A program made the translations under genes and the position numbers. A stretch of 52,578 nt of DNA, from positions 1 to 52,578 of the IMG/VR virus record IMGVR_UViG_3300044638_003693; one strand, given 5' to 3'. This stretch comes from a virus. Lineage: Duplodnaviria; Caudoviricetes. How positions within the stretch are numbered: the first letter of the stretch is position 1; every line of letters starts with the position of its first letter. This document shows positions 33,382 to 42,526 of the stretch, in pieces. Below the pieces are notes generated by a model that was not told where the DNA came from, searched no databases, and was given only the letters and a program-made list of their open reading frames with translations.

Positions 33382-34067
33382 TACTTCCTCAAATCTTCTG
33401 CAGAGTTCATGTTTAGATAGATAAACGCCTCGTAGATAAACGATTGCGTAGCAGACCCGTAGTGAGCCTCCCAGTCGTTTATAGCCACGTTAGTCGTAAC
33501 TATGGTCGGCAAGCCGTTATTGAATCTGGTCCTTAGTACGTGGTGAAGCATGTTTTTCTGCCAACCAGATGCACTGGAGTGCTCCTTGCCAACGTCGTCT
33601 AAAACTAGGATGCGTACGTTGTATGAGTCGTCCGTAGCCTCGCCAAGGATGCCATTGTATAGCAGCTCATCATTGCTGTCGTGGTCCTCCATAATCGCGC
33701 CTTTTAAATCTAAAAGCCCATTATAGGTAATGAAATAGCAAGGTCGAGGCACTGCTCTCCCCGGCCCCATGCCGACCACAGCGGGGTCTATGTTTCGGAT
33801 AATATCCTGTATCACAGCGTTAGCTACAGTGGTCTTACCGCGCCCTGGGAGGCCGTAGAACATCATTCCAAGGCCGCAGGTCTCTTTACCCTCAGCACGG
33901 ATGATTTTGCCGTTATAGAGCGATTTAAGCCACTTTGAGATGACATCTGTAGAGTCTCCCGCAATGTCCTTGCAGTCCTCCAAAGTCCACCCAATCTTGG
34001 CTGGCGGCACGTTTGCGGTCTTTACCCAGGTACGGCGGCGGGCTGGCAGCTCGTCTGGCTTAAACAT
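33381..34067 (-). CDS. DnaC/IstB-like AAA+ helicase loader
   Basis: GLPGRGKT, LVLDDVGKE, R...LPTIVTTN. Confidence 0.88.
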   Translation of the reverse strand: MFKPDELPARRRTWVKTANVPPAKIGWTLEDCKDIAGDSTDVISKWLKSLYNGKIIRAEGKETCGLGMMFYGLPGRGKTTVANAVIQDIIRNIDPAVVGMGPGRAVPRPCYFITYNGLLDLKGAIMEDHDSNDELLYNGILGEATDDSYNVRILVLDDVGKEHSSASGWQKNMLHHVLRTRFNNGLPTIVTTNVAINDWEAHYGSATQSFIYEAFIYLNMNSAEDLRK

Positions 34068-34929
34068 CGTCGTCCTCGTCTAGTAGGGATAGCTTCTTTG
34101 AAGTAGTCTCTTGGTCCCGAATAATCGCGGTCTCAAGCTCTTCGACTGACACTACACGTTCTTTCGCAGATTGCAATAGCAACGGGGCCTTGTACATAAA
34201 GGCTCTCCAAAGGTGGTTGCCGTCTGTGTACTTTTCGGCCTGTAGCGTGGAGAAGAACAGGTTAATGAGCTCTACCTCCAGAGCGCCATTGGTGTCGTGC
34301 TGTTTGCGGAATACTGATAGAGCCTGAACAAACCTGGACTGCGTCACGCTAAACGGGGCAATGCTCCAGATGTCAGCCATGCGGTCGGCAAACTCATACG
34401 CAACGTCCTTGCAGGTCCAGTTAATCGGGTCGAGCTTTGAGCGGTGCATGTCTTTACGCTGCTGAGCTTTCTTCTCACGAGCCTCGACGTATTCGGCTTT
34501 CTTCTGGACCATGTGCTTTTCGCGCTCGCGGACCAGGTCATCGTCACTAGACGACGAGCCTTCAAAGAAGTCCCATCCCATCTCAATCTCTTTCCCCTCG
34601 ACCCTGTCGAGGAATTTATTTGTAGCTATATTAGTAGTTCTAGCTGTATTGCTATTAGAAATATGGCTTACTAGCTGAACTGCTATATAGCTGTTACCAG
34701 ACTCGACCACTGTGGGCGAGTCAGACTCGACCACTTTTAAGGTGGTTCCGCCGCCAACATACTTGACCATTTTGACCAAATTTGCGTCTCGTAACTCTTT
34801 TAGGATGGCATAGCTTTTGCGTTTGCTTAGGCCTTGGTCCATTAGGGTACGGTGATTTATCCGAATATTCGGGTGGGTAACAAAAAATTCCAGACAAGCC
34901 AATGCTTGCCTGCTGATAGTCGCTTGCAT
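34060..34929 (-). CDS. Putative replication initiator (lambda O/RepA-like architecture)
   Basis: N-terminal winged-HTH-like segment, low-complexity linker carrying DNA repeats, directly upstream of the DnaC-like loader. Confidence 0.6.
   Translation of the reverse strand: MQATISRQALACLEFFVTHPNIRINHRTLMDQGLSKRKSYAILKELRDANLVKMVKYVGGGTTLKVVESDSPTVVESGNSYIAVQLVSHISNSNTARTTNIATNKFLDRVEGKEIEMGWDFFEGSSSSDDDLVREREKHMVQKKAEYVEAREKKAQQRKDMHRSKLDPINWTCKDVAYEFADRMADIWSIAPFSVTQSRFVQALSVFRKQHDTNGALEVELINLFFSTLQAEKYTDGNHLWRAFMYKAPLLLQSAKERVVSVEELETAIIRDQETTSKKLSLLDEDDDV
34614..34778. other. Putative replication origin inside the initiator gene
   Basis: 14-bp direct repeat CAGACTCGACCACT (34698, 34722), TTGACCA x2, and an adjacent AT-rich tract with four TAGCT copies. 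Confidence 0.55.
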
Positions 34930-35603
34930 TACGAGAGGTTCTTGAACTTAGCTATTAGTTCTTCAGCGACCTTATCTGCAAAGATGGTGGCCATCTCTTC
35001 AATCAGGGACTTCATTAAATCGCCAAGGTCGTCGATAACTTCAGAGTATTCCTCTTCTTCGTCTTCCTCTTCTTCGCTTTCTTCTTCCGGAACATCAGTA
35101 AAGAAGGTTTCTAACTCGCCGATACTTACACGGACAGGCTGATGAAGTGTCGGTGTAGATAGCTGAGCTTCGACCGGCTCTTTGCTTACCGACTCCTCTA
35201 CAGCGGGTACTGCAGCCACTGCTGGGCGTGAGATGGGCTCTGAGTTAAACGGAATCATAATCAGTCCGTCAGTTAAATCAAACGCAGGTATCTTATTAGA
35301 CTGAGCGACTGATGCGGCGAGCTGGCACTCTGGGTCTTCGTCATCCCAAAGTATAAAGAACTTAATTTCGTTCTTCTGCTCTTTTAGAAGGGTCTTGTAA
35401 TCATTGTGGTCATAGACCCCAGTCTGAAGACCCTTGTCGGTAGCATACTGCTCGGCCCAAACTTGGCCGTCTGACTGTTTCTTATCGAATACGGTTACCA
35501 CCGCAGCCTCATCTACTGAGTCTACAATGTCTCCGATTAGGGCCTCTACATTGGCCCTGGTTGTTTTTGCGTTACCTATAACCGCGATGGTTACTCGTCT
35601 CAT
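34929..35603 (-). CDS. Hypothetical protein, Rossmann/SLOG-like N-terminus with acidic C-terminus
   Basis: TIAVIGN start of a beta-alpha fold; AGGAGG SD. Confidence 0.65.
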   Translation of the reverse strand: MRRVTIAVIGNAKTTRANVEALIGDIVDSVDEAAVVTVFDKKQSDGQVWAEQYATDKGLQTGVYDHNDYKTLLKEQKNEIKFFILWDDEDPECQLAASVAQSNKIPAFDLTDGLIMIPFNSEPISRPAVAAVPAVEESVSKEPVEAQLSTPTLHQPVRVSIGELETFFTDVPEEESEEEEDEEEEYSEVIDDLGDLMKSLIEEMATIFADKVAEELIAKFKNLS

Positions 35604-35630
35604 GGTTTACCTCCTGCTGACGGAGACTCC

Positions 35631-35670
35631 AGATTAGACCCTGCTTAGAAGTTTGTCAACTCTAAGACAC
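35631..35670 (-). promoter_or_regulatory. Sigma-A promoter of the replication operon with GTGTC box
   Basis: On the - strand GTGTC-ttagag-TTGACA, 17 nt spacer, TAATCT. Confidence 0.8.
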
Positions 35671-37680
35671 ACCAACAAACAAAGCCCATTGAGCACCGTA
35701 AGGGAGGTAGTCAGGTAAGACCGCTGAGAGACGCTTAGTTACATTAGTTCTATTCCTATAATACAAGCTTCGTCCATTGACGGCACTGCCGTCTTCCCAG
35801 AGCAAATCATCAGTTTCGTAGTAGCCAGTAGAGCCATCGAAATAAGCTTGAAGATAAGGAGCGGCCTCAAACATCGCCGCATCCACAGAAACTACACGGC
35901 CTGACACGGTTGTAAAGTCAATGAATACCATAGCTTTAGCAGCGTTTACGGGAGAGGTTGCTGTTGCGGAATACCTTCCCCAAGAAGTAGAGATGCTGGT
36001 ATAGTCAGCGCTGTAAGTGCTAATCGTATTGCTTGCGCTATCTAGCCACGCTATGCGAACCCTAGCTGAGTCTCCTGAATCGCTACTTTTTAGGTAGGCG
36101 CTAAACGTGTAAGGGGTATTAGGGAATACGGTAACTAGTCCGCCAGCGCCATTTCCTGCCGCCTTGAGGATTGGGGATGCTCCGCTAGCAGTTAGGGCTC
36201 CCCACGCATCGCTAGAGCCAAAGGCGCCTGTACCAGTAACTCTAGCAAGAGAGCCGGTGAAGGCTGTCCAGTTGTTTGTATTAGTTGAAAAACTTGGGTT
36301 AATTAGTTCGTTAACTCGGTTAGGTCCCAAGTAAATATCTATTCGTCTAGCATCTACGTAGTTTGTGGCAGAAGAACCGGCCTCAAACTGTGCAGCATCG
36401 AAGTAGTGGATTTCCCCGGCACCACCGCTAGCAATTGATACGGTTGGCACAGCAAAGTAGGCATCGCTAGGTGCCGTAGCAGTTACTTTAGTTGCCCTGC
36501 TCCAAGCAGAAGTAGAGTTAGTAGATGTAGCAGCCGTTCCTGCGCTGAGATAAGTGCCAAAACGGTCATACCAGTTAATGTTAAGTGACACAGAACGCGC
36601 ATTAGTTTTAGCCCGGCTATAAATGGTAAAACTATAAGCGCTACCAGCAGTTACTGGGATACCCCTGGTAGTTGGTGCCGTTTGTCCGCAGGAAAAAGAT
36701 GCCGTAGCCGCCGCAGTAATAACTGATTTTAATATACCGCTAGTAGCGTTAGGGTAATTAGAGGGGGAGGTGGATTCTAGATAAGGAACTACAGCGGGCG
36801 ACTCTCCAGAGCCTGTGATGCTAGAAAGGGTAACGTTAGTAACACCGTTCCAGCCTCCTACTGATTTTTCAAAAGAAGAGTCATTAATGCTAAGCATTAA
36901 GTTTTTAGCCGGACCTAAATCAACGTTGTATCCTGAGAAAGCGGAGACAAATACCCGCAGCCCAGCTACTGACCCTTTTTTACGGTATATTTCTATAGCG
37001 CTCTGTAGTAGTCGACGGCCTTGCTGTATTCCTAATTCGGCCTCGTACACAAACCCAAATTGGTTCATCATAATAGGAATTAGTTTTCCGTTTAAGTTAG
37101 CTATGTCATATCTACGCTTAACGTTTTCAGCGTCAGTTTTAAATTTGTCGTACTCAAACGCAAACAACTTTAAGAAGTTATATAGGTCTAGGTTTACTTC
37201 GCTGACATTAGTAGTTAGCCCATTAATGTTCGGCGACTTGTACATCAGCGGAAGGTACGCGTACATCAAGTCCGCGGTACCAAAGTTTTTTACAGCAATC
37301 CCACTAGCAACTCCAGCATTAATCCATGAGCCGTCTGCTACGGACCGTACAAAAATAGAATAATAATAAATCTTACCTTCTACAATTTTAGGGTCAATTA
37401 CAGCTCCAGTATCTGGGTGCAGTCGGCGGTCCTCGTAAGACGTTACAGAGATTGCAGGGGTGGTAGATACAAGTAAGTCTCCGTCGTCCGGAGTCACTGG
37501 AAACCCTAATGTGTTTCTAACCAGGTGTAGTAAGTCCCAATCTCCGGTTGGAAGTTTCCACTTAAGGTCAATTACTGCATAGTCTGGAGATGTGGCGGTA
37601 AATGGGGATGCGTCAAAACTTACTAGGGTAGCTGGGCCGTACTTAAACAAGCCATAAAAACCATCACCGTATAGCGCCAT
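35662..37680 (-). CDS. Baseplate/tail protein (P2 gpI/T4 gp7-like) with two carbohydrate-binding-module-like domains
   Basis: FN3-like N-terminus, YRKKGS..GL..F, two NPSF/SSFE...YTFSAY...DAAQFE jelly-roll repeats. Confidence 0.78.
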   Translation of the reverse strand: MALYGDGFYGLFKYGPATLVSFDASPFTATSPDYAVIDLKWKLPTGDWDLLHLVRNTLGFPVTPDDGDLLVSTTPAISVTSYEDRRLHPDTGAVIDPKIVEGKIYYYSIFVRSVADGSWINAGVASGIAVKNFGTADLMYAYLPLMYKSPNINGLTTNVSEVNLDLYNFLKLFAFEYDKFKTDAENVKRRYDIANLNGKLIPIMMNQFGFVYEAELGIQQGRRLLQSAIEIYRKKGSVAGLRVFVSAFSGYNVDLGPAKNLMLSINDSSFEKSVGGWNGVTNVTLSSITGSGESPAVVPYLESTSPSNYPNATSGILKSVITAAATASFSCGQTAPTTRGIPVTAGSAYSFTIYSRAKTNARSVSLNINWYDRFGTYLSAGTAATSTNSTSAWSRATKVTATAPSDAYFAVPTVSIASGGAGEIHYFDAAQFEAGSSATNYVDARRIDIYLGPNRVNELINPSFSTNTNNWTAFTGSLARVTGTGAFGSSDAWGALTASGASPILKAAGNGAGGLVTVFPNTPYTFSAYLKSSDSGDSARVRIAWLDSASNTISTYSADYTSISTSWGRYSATATSPVNAAKAMVFIDFTTVSGRVVSVDAAMFEAAPYLQAYFDGSTGYYETDDLLWEDGSAVNGRSLYYRNRTNVTKRLSAVLPDYLPYGAQWALFVGVS

Positions 37681-37690
37681 TTAAAATCCT

Positions 37691-38155
37691 TTAGCCGAAT
37701 ACGTAGGTAAGTACGTACAGGTTATCAATATCTGAAGTTAGTTTGGTGTCCACAATCTCGCCTGCAGCATTCACAGATGCCAAAACAGTTCCAGATGAGT
37801 TTTGCCACTCTTGCAGGTTAGCTGACTGGCTAGATGCTCCCTTGACAATAAGGCCCTTGGTGCTTGAGGTAGCTGACGTAATTGTTTCTCCGCCAGCACG
37901 CTTCATGTACTGAGGGTGAGCATCGCCAATAACTCCGGCTTCTATGTTGCTAAGGCGGGCATTAAGGGTAGCATACACAGTACTAGCAGCTGTGAATGAT
38001 GTTGAAATCGTACCGTTCTGAGGGTTATTTCCAATTATGGATTGAATTGCTACGACCTCTTCCTGCAAGAGGTTTGGGTGCGAGGCGTCTACTGTGTCAG
38101 TGCTGTTTACTTTAGTAGTAAAAGTAGCAGTGGCGTTTGGATAACTAGCGGCCAT
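37691..38155 (-). CDS. Small tail-fibre/baseplate-associated protein
   Basis: ASHPNLLQEEVVAIQ, HPQY and SQSANLQEWQ motifs typical of fibre proteins; position. Confidence 0.65.
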   Translation of the reverse strand: MAASYPNATATFTTKVNSTDTVDASHPNLLQEEVVAIQSIIGNNPQNGTISTSFTAASTVYATLNARLSNIEAGVIGDAHPQYMKRAGGETITSATSSTKGLIVKGASSQSANLQEWQNSSGTVLASVNAAGEIVDTKLTSDIDNLYVLTYVFG

Positions 38156-38165
38156 TTATATCTCC

Positions 38166-39851
38166 TTATGAAATTCCGCCAGAGGCGGTGATGGTGAACG
38201 TTCCCTCAACAGGGATTTCATTAACGGCACAAACAACGGTCTCTGATACAAGGGCTAGTGAGCTTCCAGTAGCTGCAGTTGAGGTGACGTTGCTTCCGGT
38301 GTTGGTAAACGTAAAGGTGTTGGTAGCAACTCCAGTAACTACATGCGTACCATTAACAGTTGCATCTACGCCTGTAACTCTTACCCTCTGACCCACTGTA
38401 AAGTTGTGCCCAGTTGCGGTTAGGGTGACTACGTTAGAGCTTCTGGCCCAGAGAGTTACAGCAAACTCTTGTTTGGCACTAACTTTACGTAGGACGTCAA
38501 TAGTGGCATAGTTGACTCCGTTTACTTCAGCTATGGCGTTGAGGACAAATTGCTCTGGAACCTTATCAGCAAAATAAGAATTTTCAGTAGATACTAGGCT
38601 TCTAATAGCTGCCAGCACCTGGTTGGTGACAGAGTCTTGTCGGTACTGCGGTTGAACGTACACAGTTACCTCCATGTCCACAGGAACATACGTAGGCGGA
38701 AGAACGGTTAAGGTAACGTTAGGCGCGGTCTTGTCCATGAAGTACTCCGACACCCTGTCAGCAACTATAGTAAACGCAGGGGTTTCTGTAGTCCCTATTA
38801 CACCTGGGTCACCAAATATGCCGATGTACAAAAGGATGCTGTTGAAGTTAGTAGAGTCGGCAATTGCTTGGGCTACTCCATTTACCTGATAGGCCATATA
38901 AGAGTAGTCTTTCAAAGACACCGCTCGGGTAATTGACTTTAGCGCTGTGGGAGCATTGACCCTAATTGAGTCAGTCGATTCCTCGTTAGCTCCACCAGAA
39001 GCAGCTACCTGATTAGAGGCAGTAATACCAAAATTAATATTAGTTAAGAAAGTATTAATGGCTCCTGCTGGCACGTTACCGGCTGACCCGGCACCAACTC
39101 GATAGGTGGCTAGAATAGAACCGGCGCTAGGTGGAATTCTTCCGCCGATGCCGTCTCCAAATACCACATACGTATTTCCTTCAGCATCGTTAATAGTACT
39201 AAACACAGGGCTATTAATTGAGCTGTCTACTAGAGACCCCGAGTAGAAGTAGTCTATTCCATTTACAGAAATCTCGATGCTTCCAACAATCACCGGAGCG
39301 TTAAATAGTTTAAATATTTGGCTAGGAGACCCGTTAGATACGCCAAGTAGCTCATCGTATACAGTGTATCCCTGTGAAACAGTAACTGAGGCGGTTCCAT
39401 TAACCGTCCCTACCTTGGCTGGAACTGTTACTTCTTCATCTGTCTCAAAGATAATTTGGCTTGACGTACCGCTAACCACTGCTGTGTTTGAAATTTGAGT
39501 TAGCGCAGGTATAGTAACAGCGCTTCCAGTCGTGTTAACCAAACCTACTGTAGCCGAAGCGGCGGTTGTGCCGGTAGGAGAATAACCCAACATAGCAGCG
39601 ATTTGAAGAATGCTGTCTCGTTGGCTGGCGGTGGCTAGGAAACCCTCATTAGTAGCACGGTCAATATAGAAGTTTAGAAGGTCACCCATGTAGGAAAACA
39701 AATCCACCATGGTCATACCAAAGTCTGCGGGGTCACGGCTAGTCCACTTTGGGTTATACAAAGGGATTAGATTGACTAAATCTTCTCGTATAGAGGCGTA
39801 GTCCCTCGAGGTGTAGTCTACCTGAGGTACGAAGTTCACTCCATCAGCCAT
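38166..39851 (-). CDS. Baseplate wedge protein (T4 gp6/P2 gpJ-like)
   Basis: DYTSRDY...DFG...LGY, FGDG..GRIP, GG...ES...RAVSLKDY. Confidence 0.9.
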   Translation of the reverse strand: MADGVNFVPQVDYTSRDYASIREDLVNLIPLYNPKWTSRDPADFGMTMVDLFSYMGDLLNFYIDRATNEGFLATASQRDSILQIAAMLGYSPTGTTAASATVGLVNTTGSAVTIPALTQISNTAVVSGTSSQIIFETDEEVTVPAKVGTVNGTASVTVSQGYTVYDELLGVSNGSPSQIFKLFNAPVIVGSIEISVNGIDYFYSGSLVDSSINSPVFSTINDAEGNTYVVFGDGIGGRIPPSAGSILATYRVGAGSAGNVPAGAINTFLTNINFGITASNQVAASGGANEESTDSIRVNAPTALKSITRAVSLKDYSYMAYQVNGVAQAIADSTNFNSILLYIGIFGDPGVIGTTETPAFTIVADRVSEYFMDKTAPNVTLTVLPPTYVPVDMEVTVYVQPQYRQDSVTNQVLAAIRSLVSTENSYFADKVPEQFVLNAIAEVNGVNYATIDVLRKVSAKQEFAVTLWARSSNVVTLTATGHNFTVGQRVRVTGVDATVNGTHVVTGVATNTFTFTNTGSNVTSTAATGSSLALVSETVVCAVNEIPVEGTFTITASGGIS

Positions 39852-40245
39852 TAGTTATCTCCAAAATTAGGTCGCCCGAGCGGTTAAATAGGGCGGTGTT
39901 AATGTTCACCGTATCGGTCTCCCCAGAAGGAAGAGTATAGAGAAGTGTTATTTCTAGGAAGCCGGTGTCATAGTTGTATAGTGGGGTTACATTTTTTAAG
40001 TTTAGCTCTTTTAGCCACTTATTAAAGGCGATATTGATTGTTTTAACGGCCACCTCACTGGCTGTGCCCGCACTCTCAAACAATATAGAGCCTAAGTCGC
40101 TACCAAAACTGGGGGTCATGAGCTTTTCGTGGAACCTAGTAAAAAGCACTAGAAAAATACGGTCACGCCACATCTTTCTGGAATCAGTAGTGGTATTTAC
40201 TTGGCCAAACTCGTTAAAGCTAAATGGCATGGTTATTACAGGCAT
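39844..40245 (-). CDS. Baseplate wedge subunit (T4 gp25/P2 gpW-like)
   Basis: PF...LFT...E.LM.PSFGSDL..ILFE. Confidence 0.85.
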   Translation of the reverse strand: MPVITMPFSFNEFGQVNTTTDSRKMWRDRIFLVLFTRFHEKLMTPSFGSDLGSILFESAGTASEVAVKTINIAFNKWLKELNLKNVTPLYNYDTGFLEITLLYTLPSGETDTVNINTALFNRSGDLILEITNG

Positions 40246-40949
40246 TAGAATGTTCCAATCCATAGTGGGAAATTAGGGTCTCCGCCTTCAAAAGCCGCCC
40301 AGACCCCGCCTCCAGTGGGTGGGGTTACCTTACCTACGGCAGCAACTGTAAGTATGGAGCTGGCGGCAGCGGGGTGGGCCGGTGTAGTTCCTGGAGCGTA
40401 GTAAGGCATGCTCACAGTAGTGCTCTCTACGTGCCACTCAAGCTCAAAGTAGTCATTAGCATCAAATTTAAGCACGTAGTTCCAAGCCGCAATTGTGCTG
40501 CCTGGAATGCTTCCGTGCTTACCGGGAACAGTCACAATTCCAGCAGAGCCAGGGACATCTACGCCATTTTTATTAAGCCAAACGGTGGCGTTTTGGTCAG
40601 CTGTGTCAGTATTTTGAAACTGAAACGAGAACTGAATGTTATATACACCAGATAGGCTAAAGTGAATTTGGCTATTATTCAGTAGCTCTAATCCATCGGC
40701 ACCATCGTTAGTCCCAAATGTAACTGGATAGGCAACCCCAGTACTAGCGGCTGTCTGGGTGTAGTCTGCTTGCCACTCACCGTATATAGGTTTAAATCCA
40801 GAAATGCCGCCCAGCACAGGCCAAGCCCAGTCAGTCACGTTCTCACCTGATACCTGCGGAACCATCATACGAATCCTGCCGAGGTTCTTTGGGTCATTGT
40901 TGTCAACGACTACCCCACGATAAAACCCTGGGTAACTAGTTACTAACAC
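40245..40949 (-). CDS. gp5/gpV-type OB-fold baseplate protein with inserted beta-sandwich domain
   Basis: YRGVVVDNNDP..LGRIR..VP...WAWP and P..G.GVW..FEGGDPNFPLWIG halves separated by about 150 aa. Confidence 0.8.
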   Translation of the reverse strand: MLVTSYPGFYRGVVVDNNDPKNLGRIRMMVPQVSGENVTDWAWPVLGGISGFKPIYGEWQADYTQTAASTGVAYPVTFGTNDGADGLELLNNSQIHFSLSGVYNIQFSFQFQNTDTADQNATVWLNKNGVDVPGSAGIVTVPGKHGSIPGSTIAAWNYVLKFDANDYFELEWHVESTTVSMPYYAPGTTPAHPAAASSILTVAAVGKVTPPTGGGVWAAFEGGDPNFPLWIGTF

Positions 40950-42252
40950 GGTTAATCATCACCTTCTGCATAACAGCCGGAGAGCGCCTAGGCTCAGCCG
41001 GTTTAGAATTAAGGTTACTTTCAGTAGCCGACCACGTAGACGTAGAGAGCAGTTTGCCCTTGGGCTTAGCTCGGTTAGCCCTATCCACTATCTGGCTTGC
41101 TTTTATTGGGGCTATGTTTATCCCAGGAACACGAAGAGCAGTACCGGCTTTTACTCGGGTGTTTCGGACATTTGGCTTAATGTGCCTAACCCCTCTAGGA
41201 TTTGGCCTTGCAGGAAAATCTGCATTAGACAGCTCACCTAAAGAGTCGCTGCCCACAGCAATGTGGGTAGTAAACTTTTGTAGGTTAACAGACTCTTCAA
41301 TTATGTCGTGTTCAACCTCTAGTATTGTCCAGTAACCAGAGTAGGCCTGCCCTACGTTCCCCAGGTATATCGGCATACCCGGCCGTAAAGTGGATTTACC
41401 ATAAACTTCCGCTGTTGCGTGATATGGAAAAAGGCTCTTATCATCTGCGCTATTAGCCTCAGCTATTGCCGTGGTGTAGCTGTTTGCCACAACTCCTGTG
41501 GCATGTTTATCAAATAGCTCAGGGTGAGAAATTTTGCGGGTAGAAGGCTGCCTAGTCTGTTTAGTGTATTTAAAGTAGGCACCTGTTTCGGGGTTTACTC
41601 CGGCAATAGAGGTTGCGCTCTTATCGGAGCCCTGATGTGCCAGGGTCTCTCCGATTACCGGCCTAAAGTTATATATAGGGTTTAGCGGTTTAAACCCAGC
41701 GTCTGCTTTATCAAAAGCTGCTGCTTCATAAATTAAGTCATTAAAGTCCTGTAGCAACGGCTGGAAGTATAGGGCGGTGTTCTCTGCACGTAAAAAGTAG
41801 CCAGACTGTTTAGCTAGTTTAACCATAAATTCCCAGTCAGTCATTCCAGCCTGGGATACCTGCGGGTATACACGGGGGTGCGGAGAGGTCTTATACGAGA
41901 AGTTATATTTTTTTGCAATCTCAGTAACAATCTGGTCCGCAGTTACGTTTCTGTAAACTTTTTGGCTTGCCTGACGCATCACATACGAAGCCCCAATAAA
42001 CCCGACCTCAGTTATGTCATGCTGGGCATCTTTCATGCTTTTAACGTCGTGGACATATCCGTAAAATTCTTTTTTATCAATAGTCACTTTAATTAAGCTG
42101 CCTGGCCTAATAGATGTTGGAGAGATGTTCCAGTCCCTAAACCTAATCTTTGCGTAATCGTGCTCGTAGTTCTGCTGACGATAGGTAGCGCTGTATATTT
42201 TTTTCAGCACTATTTTATTATTAGGAAGCTCTACAGAAACTAGGTTATACAT
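40936..42252 (-). CDS. Baseplate hub protein (T4 gp27/P2 gpD-like)
   Basis: F.GYV, T..QIV.EIA, Q.GMTDWEF..KLA...GY, LRPG.PI...SGYW.I..V.H. Confidence 0.85.
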   Translation of the reverse strand: MYNLVSVELPNNKIVLKKIYSATYRQQNYEHDYAKIRFRDWNISPTSIRPGSLIKVTIDKKEFYGYVHDVKSMKDAQHDITEVGFIGASYVMRQASQKVYRNVTADQIVTEIAKKYNFSYKTSPHPRVYPQVSQAGMTDWEFMVKLAKQSGYFLRAENTALYFQPLLQDFNDLIYEAAAFDKADAGFKPLNPIYNFRPVIGETLAHQGSDKSATSIAGVNPETGAYFKYTKQTRQPSTRKISHPELFDKHATGVVANSYTTAIAEANSADDKSLFPYHATAEVYGKSTLRPGMPIYLGNVGQAYSGYWTILEVEHDIIEESVNLQKFTTHIAVGSDSLGELSNADFPARPNPRGVRHIKPNVRNTRVKAGTALRVPGINIAPIKASQIVDRANRAKPKGKLLSTSTWSATESNLNSKPAEPRRSPAVMQKVMINRVSN

Positions 42253-42526
42253 TCGGAATCCTTAGTTCAGTTCCGGCAGGTATGTTCTGTGGGTCAGATA
42301 CTTCAGGGTTATATTCAGCAATTAGCCACCACTGTTCTGGAGATGAGTAAAACTCCATAGCAACCTGGTCTAGGCGGTCGCCCTCTTTCCATACGTAGAT
42401 GCTGTAGTTTATTAGTCCTATGTCGGTAAACTCATAAAACACAACTGGCAACGCCGCGGTAGTTGAGGTAAAGGCCACAAAATCAACTACTGACGGCTCA
42501 TATCGAGAGCCTAAATAAATTGTCAT
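42245..42526 (-). CDS. LysM-like baseplate protein (P2 gpX/T4 gp53-like)
   Basis: GDRLDQVA..FY...WWLIAEYNP...IPAG.ELRIP. Confidence 0.85.
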   Translation of the reverse strand: MTIYLGSRYEPSVVDFVAFTSTTAALPVVFYEFTDIGLINYSIYVWKEGDRLDQVAMEFYSSPEQWWLIAEYNPEVSDPQNIPAGTELRIPNV

